Below, in pieces: positions 17,445 through 26,870 of a stretch of 32,000 bases of DNA (its first letter is position 1; each line of letters starts with the position of its first letter). Where the stretch lies: the NCBI RefSeq assembly GCF_000011465.1, contig NC_005072.1, forward strand, positions 1,080,001-1,112,000. Reading direction: 5' to 3'. The notes beneath the pieces are model-generated. The model had not been told where the DNA came from. It saw nothing but the letters and a program-made list of their open reading frames with translations, and ran no database searches. Origin of the DNA: Prochlorococcus marinus subsp. pastoris str. CCMP1986 (GTDB lineage: Bacteria > Cyanobacteriota > Cyanobacteriia > PCC-6307 > Cyanobiaceae). The position numbers were made by a program, and so were the translations under genes.

Positions 17445-18867
17445 CTCCTAGATCCTTTAATTCTCCAATTAACTCACTTAAAACTTTCTTGGCATCACCA
17501 AAAACCATTGAGGTATTTGGCAAGTCAAACAAATCATTTTTTATCCCCGAATAACCAGCGCTCATCCCTCTTTTTATTACAAAGACTGTTCTTGCTTCTT
17601 GGACATCAAGAACAGGCATTCCATATAAAGGAGAACTCTTGTCATTTTTTGCTTGTGGATTAACAACATCATTTGCCCCTAAGACCAAAACAACATCTGT
17701 TGCTGGGAATTCAGGATTAACAACATCCATTTCTTTGAGTTGTTCATAAGGAACATCTGCTTCTGCCAAAAGAACATTCATATGTCCTGGCATTCTGCCT
17801 GCTACAGGATGAATCGCATATACAACTTCAATACCATTTTGTTCTAGTTTTTTTGTTACTTCTCTCAAAGTATGTTGTGCTTGAGCCACAGCAAGACCAT
17901 ATCCGGGAACAACGATTACCCTATTTGCTGCCTCTAATGTTAATGCACATTCTTCAACACTACAGGAAGTTATATTTGTATATTCCCCTGATCCAGAAGA
18001 TGTAGTAGTTTGTGCAGATAAAGAGCCTCCAAAAAGGACAGAAATCAGAGATCTGTTCATTCCTTTGCACATTACCTGAGTTAATATCAAGCCTGCTGCT
18101 CCCACCATTGCTCCAGCCACAATTAAAAGCTGACTGTCTACTACAAAACCTGCAGCTGCAGCTGCGATACCTGAATAGCTATTTAAAAGAGATATAACAA
18201 CCGGCATATCTGCACCACCAATTGGCAAAGTTACCCCAATTCCTAAAAGAGTGGAGGCTATAACCAAAAGCCAAATCGAACTAACATTACCGCTTATTAG
18301 GTATATGAAAGATATCAATGAAGTTACTCCAAAAACAATGTTTACAAAATGTCTAGCTTTAACCTGAGTCCATCCAGGAGTGGACAGCCAACCTTGTAAT
18401 TTAGCCATTGCCACGATTGAACCTGAAAAAGTAATCGCACCAACAAATATTGAGACTGAAATTGAAGCATCATTAATAAAAGGTTCTAAAGATCCTGCTT
18501 TCGCCACTTCATTAAAAGGGAATAAAAACGCACCAATAGCTACCAATAGAGAAGACATTCCACCAAAACCATTGAACAAAGCTACAGTCTCTGGCATTGA
18601 TGTCATTGGCACCTTCTTAGCAAGTAAAGTTCCTAACAAACTTCCCACTAAGGATCCAACAATGATCCATGCCCATGATTGAGCTGGGATTCCAGAAGTA
18701 CCTAGATAGTAGGAGAGTAAACCTACAACAGAAAGCAACATAGCAAATGCTGCTAATATATTCGCTTCTCTAGCAGACCTAACTTTTGATAACCCTTTTA
18801 TACCAAGTGCTAATAAAAGAACTGCTAGAAGATCTATAACGAATTTAATAATATCAGGAAGATTCAT
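17431..18867 (-). CDS. pntB: NAD(P) transhydrogenase subunit beta
   Basis: 478 aa with multiple N-terminal TM helices and a C-terminal NADP(H) domain (VVPGYGLAVAQAQH, AIHPVAGRMPGHMNVLLAEA, LGANDVVNP). Confidence 0.95.
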   Translation of the reverse strand: MNLPDIIKFVIDLLAVLLLALGIKGLSKVRSAREANILAAFAMLLSVVGLLSYYLGTSGIPAQSWAWIIVGSLVGSLLGTLLAKKVPMTSMPETVALFNGFGGMSSLLVAIGAFLFPFNEVAKAGSLEPFINDASISVSIFVGAITFSGSIVAMAKLQGWLSTPGWTQVKARHFVNIVFGVTSLISFIYLISGNVSSIWLLVIASTLLGIGVTLPIGGADMPVVISLLNSYSGIAAAAAGFVVDSQLLIVAGAMVGAAGLILTQVMCKGMNRSLISVLFGGSLSAQTTTSSGSGEYTNITSCSVEECALTLEAANRVIVVPGYGLAVAQAQHTLREVTKKLEQNGIEVVYAIHPVAGRMPGHMNVLLAEADVPYEQLKEMDVVNPEFPATDVVLVLGANDVVNPQAKNDKSSPLYGMPVLDVQEARTVFVIKRGMSAGYSGIKNDLFDLPNTSMVFGDAKKVLSELIGELKDLGVGDK

Positions 18868-18880
18868 TTTATGTACTTAA

Positions 18881-19177
18881 TTATTTATTTTTTTTTGTAG
18901 GTTTACGACTAAACATGGCAAGCATTCTATCCGTTACAAAAAAACCACCTACAACGTTAAAAAGAGCAAATCCAAGAGATATTGATCCGATTATTAATAA
19001 CGGACTATTTGGCTCTGCTTTTATAATTGCAGTTAATGCTGCCAACATTGTTATACCTGAGATGGCATTTGCCCCACTCATTAAAGGTGTATGAAGTGTT
19101 GGAGGTACTTTTCCTATTAATTCCAGACCTAATAAACTTCCAAGCAACAAAACCCAGAGTAAGCTATCAAAATTCAT
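18881..19177 (-). CDS. pntA-2: NAD(P) transhydrogenase alpha subunit, membrane part (PntA-2)
   Basis: 98-aa polytopic membrane protein (HTPLMSGANAISGI motif) between pntA-1 and pntB, the split-alpha arrangement usual in cyanobacteria. Confidence 0.9.
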   Translation of the reverse strand: MNFDSLLWVLLLGSLLGLELIGKVPPTLHTPLMSGANAISGITMLAALTAIIKAEPNSPLLIIGSISLGFALFNVVGGFFVTDRMLAMFSRKPTKKNK

Positions 19178-19192
19178 AATTTAATTAAGACC

Positions 19193-20323
19193 TCAATTTT
19201 CAAAAACTTTATTTTGAAGGATAACTCCTTCATTACTTAATAAACAGCCAGAGATTAATTCATCCTCTTTATCTAGATTAATTACACCATCTTTTATGAA
19301 AGGTGTAATCAGAGATGTGAGGTTCTTAGCATAAAGTGTACTTGCATCATAAGGAACAGATGATGGTAACTCGCCTGCTCCTATTAGCTTTACGCCATTC
19401 CTAATAATAGTTTCATTAGATTTTGTTCCTTCGCAATTACCTCCTTGAGATACGGCTAAATCAATAACTACTGCTCCAGGTCGCATCTTTTCAATCATAT
19501 GAGAATCGATTAAAACTGGAGCTTTTTTACCTAAGACTTGAGCAGTACAAACAGCAACATCAGCTTCGGATAAATATTTAGTTAACGTAGCCTTTTGTTT
19601 AGAAAGGAATTCAGGCGTAACTGCTTTTGCATAACCACCTGATTCGCCTGGTTTTTCATCAATTTCAGGAAGTTCTATAAATCTTGCTCCAAGAGATTCA
19701 ACTTGCTCTTTTACAGCTGGCCTAATATCTGACACGAAAACAATAGCTCCAAGTCTTTTTGCAGTGGCAACTGCCTGCAATCCTGCGACTCCTCCACCAA
19801 GAACAACAACTTTCGCAGGCTGTACAGTTCCTGCTGCAGTCATAAGCATCGGAAAATATCTATCAAGTTCACTTGCTGCTAAAAGGACTGCTTTATATCC
19901 TGCGATATTGGCTTGAGAAGAAAGTACATCCGATGATTGAGCTCTACTAATCCTTGGAAGTAATTCCATTGATAAAGCTGAGATCTTTTTACTAGTTATA
20001 GTTTTTTGAAGTTTTTCATTAGCATATGGATTTAAAAGGCCTAGCAGAATAGCACCTTTTTTTAACTTGCTTAAATTAGATTCAGAAGGAGTTTGAACAC
20101 AAAAAATAACATCCGCATTCTCCCAAATATTTATATTAGATTTACTAACAATTTCACCTCCAGATTCTTTGTATAAAGTGTCGTTAAACCCTGATAGTTC
20201 TCCTGCTGAACTTTCTACAAAAACTTCGCATCCAAGACCCTTTAATTTTTTTACAGCTGAGGGAGTAGCTGAAACTCTTCTCTCTCCAGAGGCTGTTTCA
20301 ATAGGAATGAGTATCTTTGTCAA
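19193..20323 (-). CDS. pntA: NAD(P) transhydrogenase alpha subunit, soluble dI part (PntA-1)
   Basis: Alanine-dehydrogenase/PNT fold with E.RV..TP near the N-terminus and Rossmann motif VVVLGGGVAGLQAVATAKRLGA. Confidence 0.95.
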   Translation of the reverse strand: MTKILIPIETASGERRVSATPSAVKKLKGLGCEVFVESSAGELSGFNDTLYKESGGEIVSKSNINIWENADVIFCVQTPSESNLSKLKKGAILLGLLNPYANEKLQKTITSKKISALSMELLPRISRAQSSDVLSSQANIAGYKAVLLAASELDRYFPMLMTAAGTVQPAKVVVLGGGVAGLQAVATAKRLGAIVFVSDIRPAVKEQVESLGARFIELPEIDEKPGESGGYAKAVTPEFLSKQKATLTKYLSEADVAVCTAQVLGKKAPVLIDSHMIEKMRPGAVVIDLAVSQGGNCEGTKSNETIIRNGVKLIGAGELPSSVPYDASTLYAKNLTSLITPFIKDGVINLDKEDELISGCLLSNEGVILQNKVFEN

Positions 20324-20455
20324 TTTATAGTAGTTTTAAACATACTAAAGATAATTTGAATAAAGTCAAAAGTCTTGGAGTTTGAGTTTTGTTAAAAATA
20401 TATTTTCTTTTCTTTTAATCATGGCTATGAAAAATATATAAGTATTAAAAATCTA

Positions 20456-21034
20456 ATGAGCATAAAAGCTATCGAATGCCCAGATGGAGTTTGTCATAGT
20501 CATCATGGAGGCCATGCTGTTCCAAGACAAACCATGCAGAGAAACTTAGAAAAACATGGTAAAGACTGGTGTGAAAAACTAGCTGAAAGAATTTATGAAA
20601 TGTCAGTTGACACCTATTCTCAAACAGTAATGCCTAGCCTTCATTCATCAGGATGGCAAAGAAGACATCTAGATTGGGAATTTAAATTAGCCGAAAATGA
20701 CTCTGAACCTGATGAAGCTCTTGTTGAAGGAATCATAAATGCTACTGAAAGTTTTCTTAGAAGCAGTGAGGTGCATAGATTATTCATACAAGAACTCGTA
20801 CAGGGTACGTTTGAAGAAGCGAATGATAAAAAAATAATTTCTAAGGCTATAAAGTCTATTATCGAAGAGGAAATAGTTATTTCGTTAAGAGAAAAAAAAG
20901 AAATTCTTTTAAGAAAAATATCATCAAAATTAGTTTCTGAAGAAAAAGTTAGCGAGGAGCTCGCAATAAATTCAGCGAAAGAAGGATTTGATGAAGTTGA
21001 AAGGTTACTCGTAAATCATACAGAGGCAGTTTAG
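20456..21034 (+). CDS. conserved hypothetical protein with Cys/His-rich N-terminus
   Basis: 192-aa ATG ORF with good composition. N-terminal CPDGVCHSHHGGH cluster and a helical, acidic C-terminal half. Confidence 0.7.
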   Translation: MSIKAIECPDGVCHSHHGGHAVPRQTMQRNLEKHGKDWCEKLAERIYEMSVDTYSQTVMPSLHSSGWQRRHLDWEFKLAENDSEPDEALVEGIINATESFLRSSEVHRLFIQELVQGTFEEANDKKIISKAIKSIIEEEIVISLREKKEILLRKISSKLVSEEKVSEELAINSAKEGFDEVERLLVNHTEAV

Positions 21035-21189
21035 ACCTAATTCTTTATATTTTGTTTATATTCACAGCAAATATAGGCTCAAATATTAACTAATTATTAA
21101 ATTATTGTTTGAAAGTACAAAGTTGTAACTTATTAGACAATGATTAAAGCAATCCATATGCTTACCTATAGTCAATTCTAAATCAGGAA

Positions 21190-21426
21190 ATGACTAATTT
21201 TATAAGAAAAAGAATTGATGTAGCAACCTGCTGGGCAACCAACAGGATATCAGTAATGGATACTCTTGAAAAATACGAGGATAGTTACGCAATTGCAGAG
21301 GAGTTCAGAGAATGGATATTGCATATTGGTGAGGAAAATGAAAACCTAAAAAGTTCTGTATTAAATTTCCCTAATGAATTAAAAGAATTATTAAATCAAA
21401 AGATAAATGAAAACTTAATCGAGTGA
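21190..21426 (+). CDS. hypothetical protein (78 aa)
   Basis: ATG ORF with non-degenerate acidic, helical composition in an otherwise unoccupied gap. Confidence 0.55.
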   Translation: MTNFIRKRIDVATCWATNRISVMDTLEKYEDSYAIAEEFREWILHIGEENENLKSSVLNFPNELKELLNQKINENLIE

Positions 21427-21482
21427 AATCCGACCTTCATAAATTGGGTTAATTGATTAATATTAGAGAAATAAATATTTAA

Positions 21483-22859
21483 ATGGAAACAAAAGTAAAA
21501 GAAGACAATGTTGAAAATTTAGTAATAATAGGTTCTGGTCCAGCAGGTTATACAGCTGCTATATACGCAGCACGTGCAAACCTTCAACCTCTTTTAGTAA
21601 CGGGATTTAATTCTGGTGGAATTCCAGGTGGTCAATTAATGACAACTACTTTCGTTGAAAACTATCCTGGTTTTCCTGATGGAGTATTAGGTCCTGAATT
21701 AATGGATTTAATGAAAGCTCAAGCCGAAAGATGGGGAACAAATCTATATGAGAGTGATGTTATTTCAATTGATACCAGTAAAAGTCCTTTTGAGTTAAAA
21801 ACCTTAGAAGGAAGCATTAAATCCAATTCAATTATTATCGCAACTGGCGCAAGTGCTAATAGGTTAGGTGTTATAAATGAAGATAAATTTTGGAGCAAAG
21901 GGATAAGTGCTTGCGCAATTTGTGATGGAGCGACTCCACAGTTTAGAAATGAAGAATTAGCAGTTATTGGAGGCGGAGATTCTGCATGTGAAGAAGCTGC
22001 ATATCTCACAAAATATGGTAGCAAGGTGCATTTACTCGTCAGATCCGAAAAACTCAGAGCTAGTGCCGCAATGATAGATAGAGTAAAAGCTAATTCAAAG
22101 ATTGAAATACACTGGAACACAAAAGTAGAGAAAGCTAATGGTACTGATTGGCTTGAAAACGTTGAAACCATTAATTCACATAAAGGTAACGTCGAAATTA
22201 AAGTTAAAGGACTTTTTTATGCTATTGGACACACACCTAATACAAAGTTTTTAAATAATAAAATTGAATTAGATAAAAAAGGATATATTGCTTGTAATTC
22301 TGGAAGACCAGAAACTTCAATAGAAGGTATATTTGCGGCTGGCGATGTTGTAGATTCTGAGTGGAGACAAGGGGTTACAGCTGCTGGTACAGGATGTATG
22401 GCAGCATTAGCTGCTGAAAGATGGTTAGCAGAGAAGAATTTATCAAAAATAATTGTTAGAGAAACAAGCGAACCAGAGAAAACATTGTCTTCATCAAGTT
22501 TTAATGAAGAGGTGACAAATGAAGATACTTTCAATTTAAATTCCGAATGGCAAAAAGGTAGTTACGCACTGAGGAAGCTTTATCATGAGAGTAATAAACC
22601 AATATTAGTTATTTTTAGCTCACCAAGTTGTGGACCATGCCATGTATTAAAACCACAACTTAAAAGAGTGATTAAGGAATTTGATGGAGCTGTACAAGGT
22701 ATAGAAATTGATATAGATAAAGATCAAGAAATCGCTAAACAAGCAGGAATAAATGGAACTCCTACAATACAATTATTTAAAGACAAATTACTTAAAAAAC
22801 AATGGCAGGGTGTTAAACAACGTAGTGAATTCAAAGAAGCGATACAAAATATCATCTGA
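21483..22859 (+). CDS. trxB: NADPH-dependent thioredoxin reductase C (thioredoxin reductase fused to thioredoxin)
   Basis: FAD motif [10 protein letters not shown], redox CAICDG, NADPH motif [10 protein letters not shown] and FAAGDV, followed by a linker and a thioredoxin module with SCGPC. Confidence 0.93.
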   Translation: METKVKEDNVENLVIIGSGPAGYTAAIYAARANLQPLLVTGFNSGGIPGGQLMTTTFVENYPGFPDGVLGPELMDLMKAQAERWGTNLYESDVISIDTSKSPFELKTLEGSIKSNSIIIATGASANRLGVINEDKFWSKGISACAICDGATPQFRNEELAVIGGGDSACEEAAYLTKYGSKVHLLVRSEKLRASAAMIDRVKANSKIEIHWNTKVEKANGTDWLENVETINSHKGNVEIKVKGLFYAIGHTPNTKFLNNKIELDKKGYIACNSGRPETSIEGIFAAGDVVDSEWRQGVTAAGTGCMAALAAERWLAEKNLSKIIVRETSEPEKTLSSSSFNEEVTNEDTFNLNSEWQKGSYALRKLYHESNKPILVIFSSPSCGPCHVLKPQLKRVIKEFDGAVQGIEIDIDKDQEIAKQAGINGTPTIQLFKDKLLKKQWQGVKQRSEFKEAIQNII

Positions 22860-22875
22860 TTAAATTATTTATTAT

Positions 22876-23142
22876 TTATTTCCTTCTTGCATTATTTTTA
22901 GAATTTCCAGTTCTTGGGCCACCACCGCCTGCATTTCTTTCTCGATAGGTAATCCTTCCTCTTGTTAGATCATAAGGACTTATTTCCACCAGTACTTTAT
23001 CTCCAGCTAACAATTTAATTCTAAATTTAGTTAACTTACCTGCTGCTCTGCATAAACATTGGTGACCTTCAGGTTGTTCTAAAGTAACCAAATAAAAACC
23101 ATTTCCTTGCTCTTTTTCTATCACACCAGATGTTTCGATCAT
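22876..23142 (-). CDS. infA: translation initiation factor IF-1 family protein (S1-like fold) with basic Gly-rich tail
   Basis: The core matches the IF-1 pattern (IE..G.V.E......F.V.LE..GH...C...GKL.K..I.LL.GDKV.VE.SPYDL.RGRI.YR). An extra C-terminal NAGGGGPRTGNSKNNARRK is present. Confidence 0.8.
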   Translation of the reverse strand: MIETSGVIEKEQGNGFYLVTLEQPEGHQCLCRAAGKLTKFRIKLLAGDKVLVEISPYDLTRGRITYRERNAGGGGPRTGNSKNNARRK

Positions 23143-23246
23143 TAAATAATTTATTTTCTAGATTTATATTATCAGAAAAGAATAAACAAAATTTACCTCA
23201 ACATAATTGCGTCAGATGAAATAGGTTAATTGCAAAGATTTTTAAT

Positions 23247-23459
23247 TTATACAAAAAATTTGATTTCATTAATTATTTGTAACTGACCATAATAAAAATT
23301 TGCCTTTGCAATTTTTTCAGGATCCTCTAGTTGATCGAAAAAGACAAATCCTAAACTCTCCCATAAAGATGAACCACAAACATTGTTTAATTCATTAGTT
23401 GCCTCTTGAGCGATATTATTTAACTTACGTTCAAGATTTTTAGATTTAGAAATTGACAT
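23247..23459 (-). CDS. hypothetical protein (70 aa)
   Basis: ATG ORF between ycf39 and the IF-1 gene on the same strand. No family recognised. Confidence 0.55.
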   Translation of the reverse strand: MSISKSKNLERKLNNIAQEATNELNNVCGSSLWESLGFVFFDQLEDPEKIAKANFYYGQLQIINEIKFFV

Positions 23460-23511
23460 CAGAATAGTTACTTATAGTACAAATATACTATAGAATTTAT
23501 CTAATGCAACC

Positions 23512-24474
23512 TTAGAAAGGAAGTCTCTTTTTTTCTTCAATATTTAGATCAGCTTCCATTTCTTTAAGTCTTTTTAAAATCTGCTGATAATATTCTTTAA
23601 TGTAACTTTCTAAAGAAGTAGAATCTTCTTTTTTAAGTTCTAACAATTCATAAGTATTACTCATATCATCGTCTAAGGGGACTCCACTACTAGTAACTTC
23701 AGCGAAGGCCAATCTCTCAGAAACATTTAGTGCATCTTGAAAAAATGAAACCACGTTCTGAGTTACTTTTATTAGAAAAGGCGAAACTCTAAAAATCTTT
23801 GCTTTCTTATTACTATATTTTTCGCATAAAGAAATTACTTCATCAGAATCCCAAGCCTTTGGTCCAACTAAAGGAAGTGAACGCTTATAAGATTTTGGCT
23901 TATTTATAGATGAAACAATAATTTTTGCCATATCTTGGGTGTTCATATACGCGATTTTAGTTGGGGTGCCACTCATCCAGACGGCTTGACTGTCTAACAC
24001 AGGTATGGCGAATTGACTAATGACGCCTTGCATAAAAGCAGCGCATTTGAAAATTGTATAGTCAAAATTAGATTTTTCTAGAAGTTTTTCGGTGCAATAC
24101 TTAACATCCATTAGGGGTACATTTCTAAACTTTTCTGTTGATAAAATTGAGAGAAAAATAACCCTTTTTATTTTTTTCGATTCACAAGCATTAAAAAGAT
24201 TAAGTTTACCGTCCCAGTCAGTTTCATATATACTTTTGGAATCTTCGGGTCTCCCAGTTGCGCTATCAATAACTACTTCAATGTCTTGTAGAGCATAATC
24301 TATATCTCCAGAGTTTAGTAAATTCCCCTTTGTAAGTTCACAACCCCATTCTTGGAGAAAAGAAGCTTTCCTTGGATTCCTAACGAAACATCTAACTTCA
24401 TGCCCTTCTTCAATAGCTTGCTTTGCTATCTGCCTACCAAGAGTTCCTGTTGCACCTACTAAAAGAATCTTCAT
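23512..24474 (-). CDS. ycf39: Ycf39-like atypical short-chain dehydrogenase (NmrA-like, PSII assembly associated)
   Basis: N-terminal Rossmann motif ILLVGATGTLGRQI, 320 aa, overall resemblance to cyanobacterial and plastid Ycf39. Confidence 0.85.
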   Translation of the reverse strand: MKILLVGATGTLGRQIAKQAIEEGHEVRCFVRNPRKASFLQEWGCELTKGNLLNSGDIDYALQDIEVVIDSATGRPEDSKSIYETDWDGKLNLFNACESKKIKRVIFLSILSTEKFRNVPLMDVKYCTEKLLEKSNFDYTIFKCAAFMQGVISQFAIPVLDSQAVWMSGTPTKIAYMNTQDMAKIIVSSINKPKSYKRSLPLVGPKAWDSDEVISLCEKYSNKKAKIFRVSPFLIKVTQNVVSFFQDALNVSERLAFAEVTSSGVPLDDDMSNTYELLELKKEDSTSLESYIKEYYQQILKRLKEMEADLNIEEKKRLPF

Positions 24475-24532
24475 ACTTGAGGATGTACTTAACTTTCCGA
24501 GATTAACTCACTTTCTATAGTATTCGTGAGAA

Positions 24533-24631
24533 TCAATCTCCTTGAAATTTTAATAATAATGCACCACCAACCAATCCAATTGGTATCAATATCCAAAATA
24601 CAGCAGCAATACTAAAAATTTCTTTAGCCAT
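24533..24631 (-). CDS. petM: cytochrome b6-f complex subunit 7 (PetM), 32 aa
   Basis: Own translation: [32 protein letters not shown]. Single TM helix ending in the PetM-typical ...K.QG(D/E). Stop TGA at 24535..24533. Lies 58 nt upstream of ycf39 on the same strand. Confidence 0.8.
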
Positions 24632-24745
24632 AGGAAACTTAATCAACTATTATAATTTAACGTTTATATGCATTTTTTTGTAGAAAAAAGAACTAATGCA
24701 AATATCTTTAAATTATTTAATAGAGGAACAGAGGGGGTAATTTAT

Positions 24746-25690
24746 ATGAACTCTATAGATAAATCGCATGAAGGAAACGAATCTAATTATTGGAATTGGA
24801 ATGGATTTAAAATTTTTTGGAGTGTTAAAGGTGAAGATAATACAAATCCAATGATTTTGCTTCACGGGTTCGGAGCAAGTAGTAAACATTGGAGAAATAA
24901 TTCTTACTACTTTGCACAAAAAGGATATTCTGTTTACTCAATAGATTTAATTGGATTTGGCAATTCAGCACAGCCAGGTATAAGAGATATAGGAAAATTA
25001 GATAATGGAGTTTGGTGTAATCAAGTCAGTGATTTTATTAAACAAGTAATCAGGCCAAAGACTTCTAAGAAGATAATTTTAATAGGAAATTCTTTAGGTT
25101 CTTTAGTAGCTTTAACATGCGCAGTCTATTTAAAAAATGAAATATTATCAGTTATCGCATCTCCACTTCCAGATCCTTTAGTAATTAAAAAAAAGGAATC
25201 AAAACTTAATTCGACTTTTGAAAAATTTAGAATCAAACTTATAAAAATATTTTTCAGAATATTTCCTTTAGAAATAGTTCTATTTTTAATAAGTAAATTG
25301 GGAATAATAAAATTAGGACTTAATTCTGCATATTTCAAAAAAGATAAAGTAGATAAAGAATTAATAAATATTGTAAGTAAACCAGTTTTAAGAAAGACTT
25401 CGGCAAGAGCACTAAGAGCTATGTGCATTGGTATGGCAACAAGGGGAGATAAGTTAAAGGCCTCTTACCTTTTGGAACAACTTAGTTTTTCAAAAAAAAT
25501 TCCTTTTTTATTATTGTGGGGAGAAAAGGATAATTTCATACCTTTATTTCTTGGCAAAAAGATTGCAAAATTCCATAGATGGGTAGAATTGAAAATAATA
25601 TCCAATTCAGGCCATTGTGTTCATGATGAAGATCCTTCATTATTTAATAAAATTTCTTATGAATGGATTAGAGACTTAACAACCTATTAA
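24746..25690 (+). CDS. alpha/beta-fold hydrolase
   Basis: HGFGAS oxyanion block, nucleophile elbow GNSLGS, late D (EKDNF) and H (SGHCVHDE). The ATG at 24746 is preferred because GAGGGGG lies about 9 nt upstream. The ORF-track start is 24668. Confidence 0.85.
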   Translation: MNSIDKSHEGNESNYWNWNGFKIFWSVKGEDNTNPMILLHGFGASSKHWRNNSYYFAQKGYSVYSIDLIGFGNSAQPGIRDIGKLDNGVWCNQVSDFIKQVIRPKTSKKIILIGNSLGSLVALTCAVYLKNEILSVIASPLPDPLVIKKKESKLNSTFEKFRIKLIKIFFRIFPLEIVLFLISKLGIIKLGLNSAYFKKDKVDKELINIVSKPVLRKTSARALRAMCIGMATRGDKLKASYLLEQLSFSKKIPFLLLWGEKDNFIPLFLGKKIAKFHRWVELKIISNSGHCVHDEDPSLFNKISYEWIRDLTTY

Positions 25691-25693
25691 AAG

Positions 25694-26218
25694 ATGAAAC
25701 ATACATTATCAGTACTTGTTGAAGACGAATCGGGGGCTTTAAGTAGAATCTCAGGTCTATTTGCTAGAAGAGGTTTTAATATCGATAGTCTCGCTGTTGG
25801 GCCTGCAGAAACTAAGGGGATTTCAAGATTAACAATGGTAGTAGAGGGTGATAATGAAACCCTTCAACAAATGACCAAACAACTTAATAAATTATTTAAT
25901 GTTCTTGGAGTCGTTGATTTTACAAACCTTGCTGCAGTTGAAAGGGAATTAATGCTTCTCAAAGTATCGTCAAAAGAAGATACTAGAAGTAATATTTTAG
26001 ATATCGTTCAAATATTTAGAGCAAAAGTAGTAGATGTGTCAGATATTGCTTTAACCCTTGAAGTGGTGGGAGATCCAGGGAAATTAGTTGCTTTGGAAAA
26101 GCTTCTTGAACCATATGGAATACTTGAAATTGCAAGAACAGGGAAAGTTGCTCTTAAGCGATCTTCTGGAGTAAATACTGAAATGTTAAAAATAAATAAA
26201 TACTCTTTAGAGATTTAA
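25694..26218 (+). CDS. ilvH: acetolactate synthase small (regulatory) subunit
   Basis: ACT domain start [35 protein letters not shown] and the ALS small-subunit C-terminal domain. 174 aa. Confidence 0.95.
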   Translation: MKHTLSVLVEDESGALSRISGLFARRGFNIDSLAVGPAETKGISRLTMVVEGDNETLQQMTKQLNKLFNVLGVVDFTNLAAVERELMLLKVSSKEDTRSNILDIVQIFRAKVVDVSDIALTLEVVGDPGKLVALEKLLEPYGILEIARTGKVALKRSSGVNTEMLKINKYSLEI

Positions 26219-26748
26219 TTAGAAATTATGATTTCATAAATCAAGTCTTCCCTATCTATTTCCTGTAATATTTCTATTCCTTTAACAACTTTTCCAAAGA
26301 TTGAATATCTTCCATCTAATTCGGGGAATTTATTAGTTACAAAGAAAAACTCTGTAGTAGATGAATTCCTTTCTCCACTTTTAACCATAGCTAATGATCC
26401 CTTTTCAAAAAAGTTAGTCAAAGTTACAATTCCTGCAGGATCTAAAATTTGGTAACCATATTTTGGTTCGATTTCTTTTTTTAATTTTATTTCCAAGGGA
26501 ATATTTCTTCTAAGTTTGTTTAAGTTTTGATTTTCTTTTTTGTAATAATTGTTTTCTGGGTAAATGCCTGAATAAATTACTTTAACTTGAGGAAAATTAA
26601 TTATCTTATAAAACCTTTTATTTTTATAGATATTTTTATTTACATTTTGAATAAAATTACTTACTGTAACTGGTTTATTTTTTCCATATAATTGCACATC
26701 AATATTACCTTTTGAAGTCTTGAAAACTACTCTTTCGTTCTTTTTCAA
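26215..26748 (-). CDS. cyclophilin-type peptidyl-prolyl cis-trans isomerase (TTG start as listed; may extend upstream to about 26874)
   Basis: Cyclophilin blocks [37 protein letters not shown] and [13 protein letters not shown]. The frame stays open upstream and encodes a lipoprotein-like signal (see findings). Confidence 0.85.
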   Translation of the reverse strand: MKKNERVVFKTSKGNIDVQLYGKNKPVTVSNFIQNVNKNIYKNKRFYKIINFPQVKVIYSGIYPENNYYKKENQNLNKLRRNIPLEIKLKKEIEPKYGYQILDPAGIVTLTNFFEKGSLAMVKSGERNSSTTEFFFVTNKFPELDGRYSIFGKVVKGIEILQEIDREDLIYEIIISN

Positions 26749-26870
26749 ACAATTAAGTTCAAGCTTTTTACAATAATAATTAGAATCAAAAGTATTTTTA
26801 TAACTGCAACCTGTAATTAATAATAAAAATATCTTAAAAAATATAAGTGGTTTTAATAAATAAAATCTTC

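Noticed and set aside
18012-18682. ORFs 18012..18197 (+) and 18380..18682 (+)
   Set aside because: They are antisense to pntB.
21115-21128. GTA-N8-TAA, an NtcA-like half-match upstream of ORF 21190
   Set aside because: The second half-site is TAA rather than TAC, and there is no properly spaced -10 box. Such a match is expected by chance in AT-rich DNA.
21719-22534. ORFs 21719..22171 (-) and 22217..22534 (-)
   Set aside because: They are antisense to the NTRC gene.
24668-24745. Upstream start of the hydrolase ORF at 24668
   Set aside because: The 26 extra residues are not hydrolase-like. The ATG at 24746 has a purine-rich GAGGGGG about 9 nt upstream. The longer form cannot be excluded.
24092-25428. 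ORFs 24092..24298 (+), 24713..24919 (-) and 25126..25428 (-)
   Set aside because: They are antisense to ycf39 and to the alpha/beta hydrolase gene.
26215-26218. Convergent ilvH and cyclophilin genes overlapping at their stop codons
   Set aside because: The overlap is real but is an ordinary consequence of genome compaction. It is mentioned only within the broader start/stop finding.
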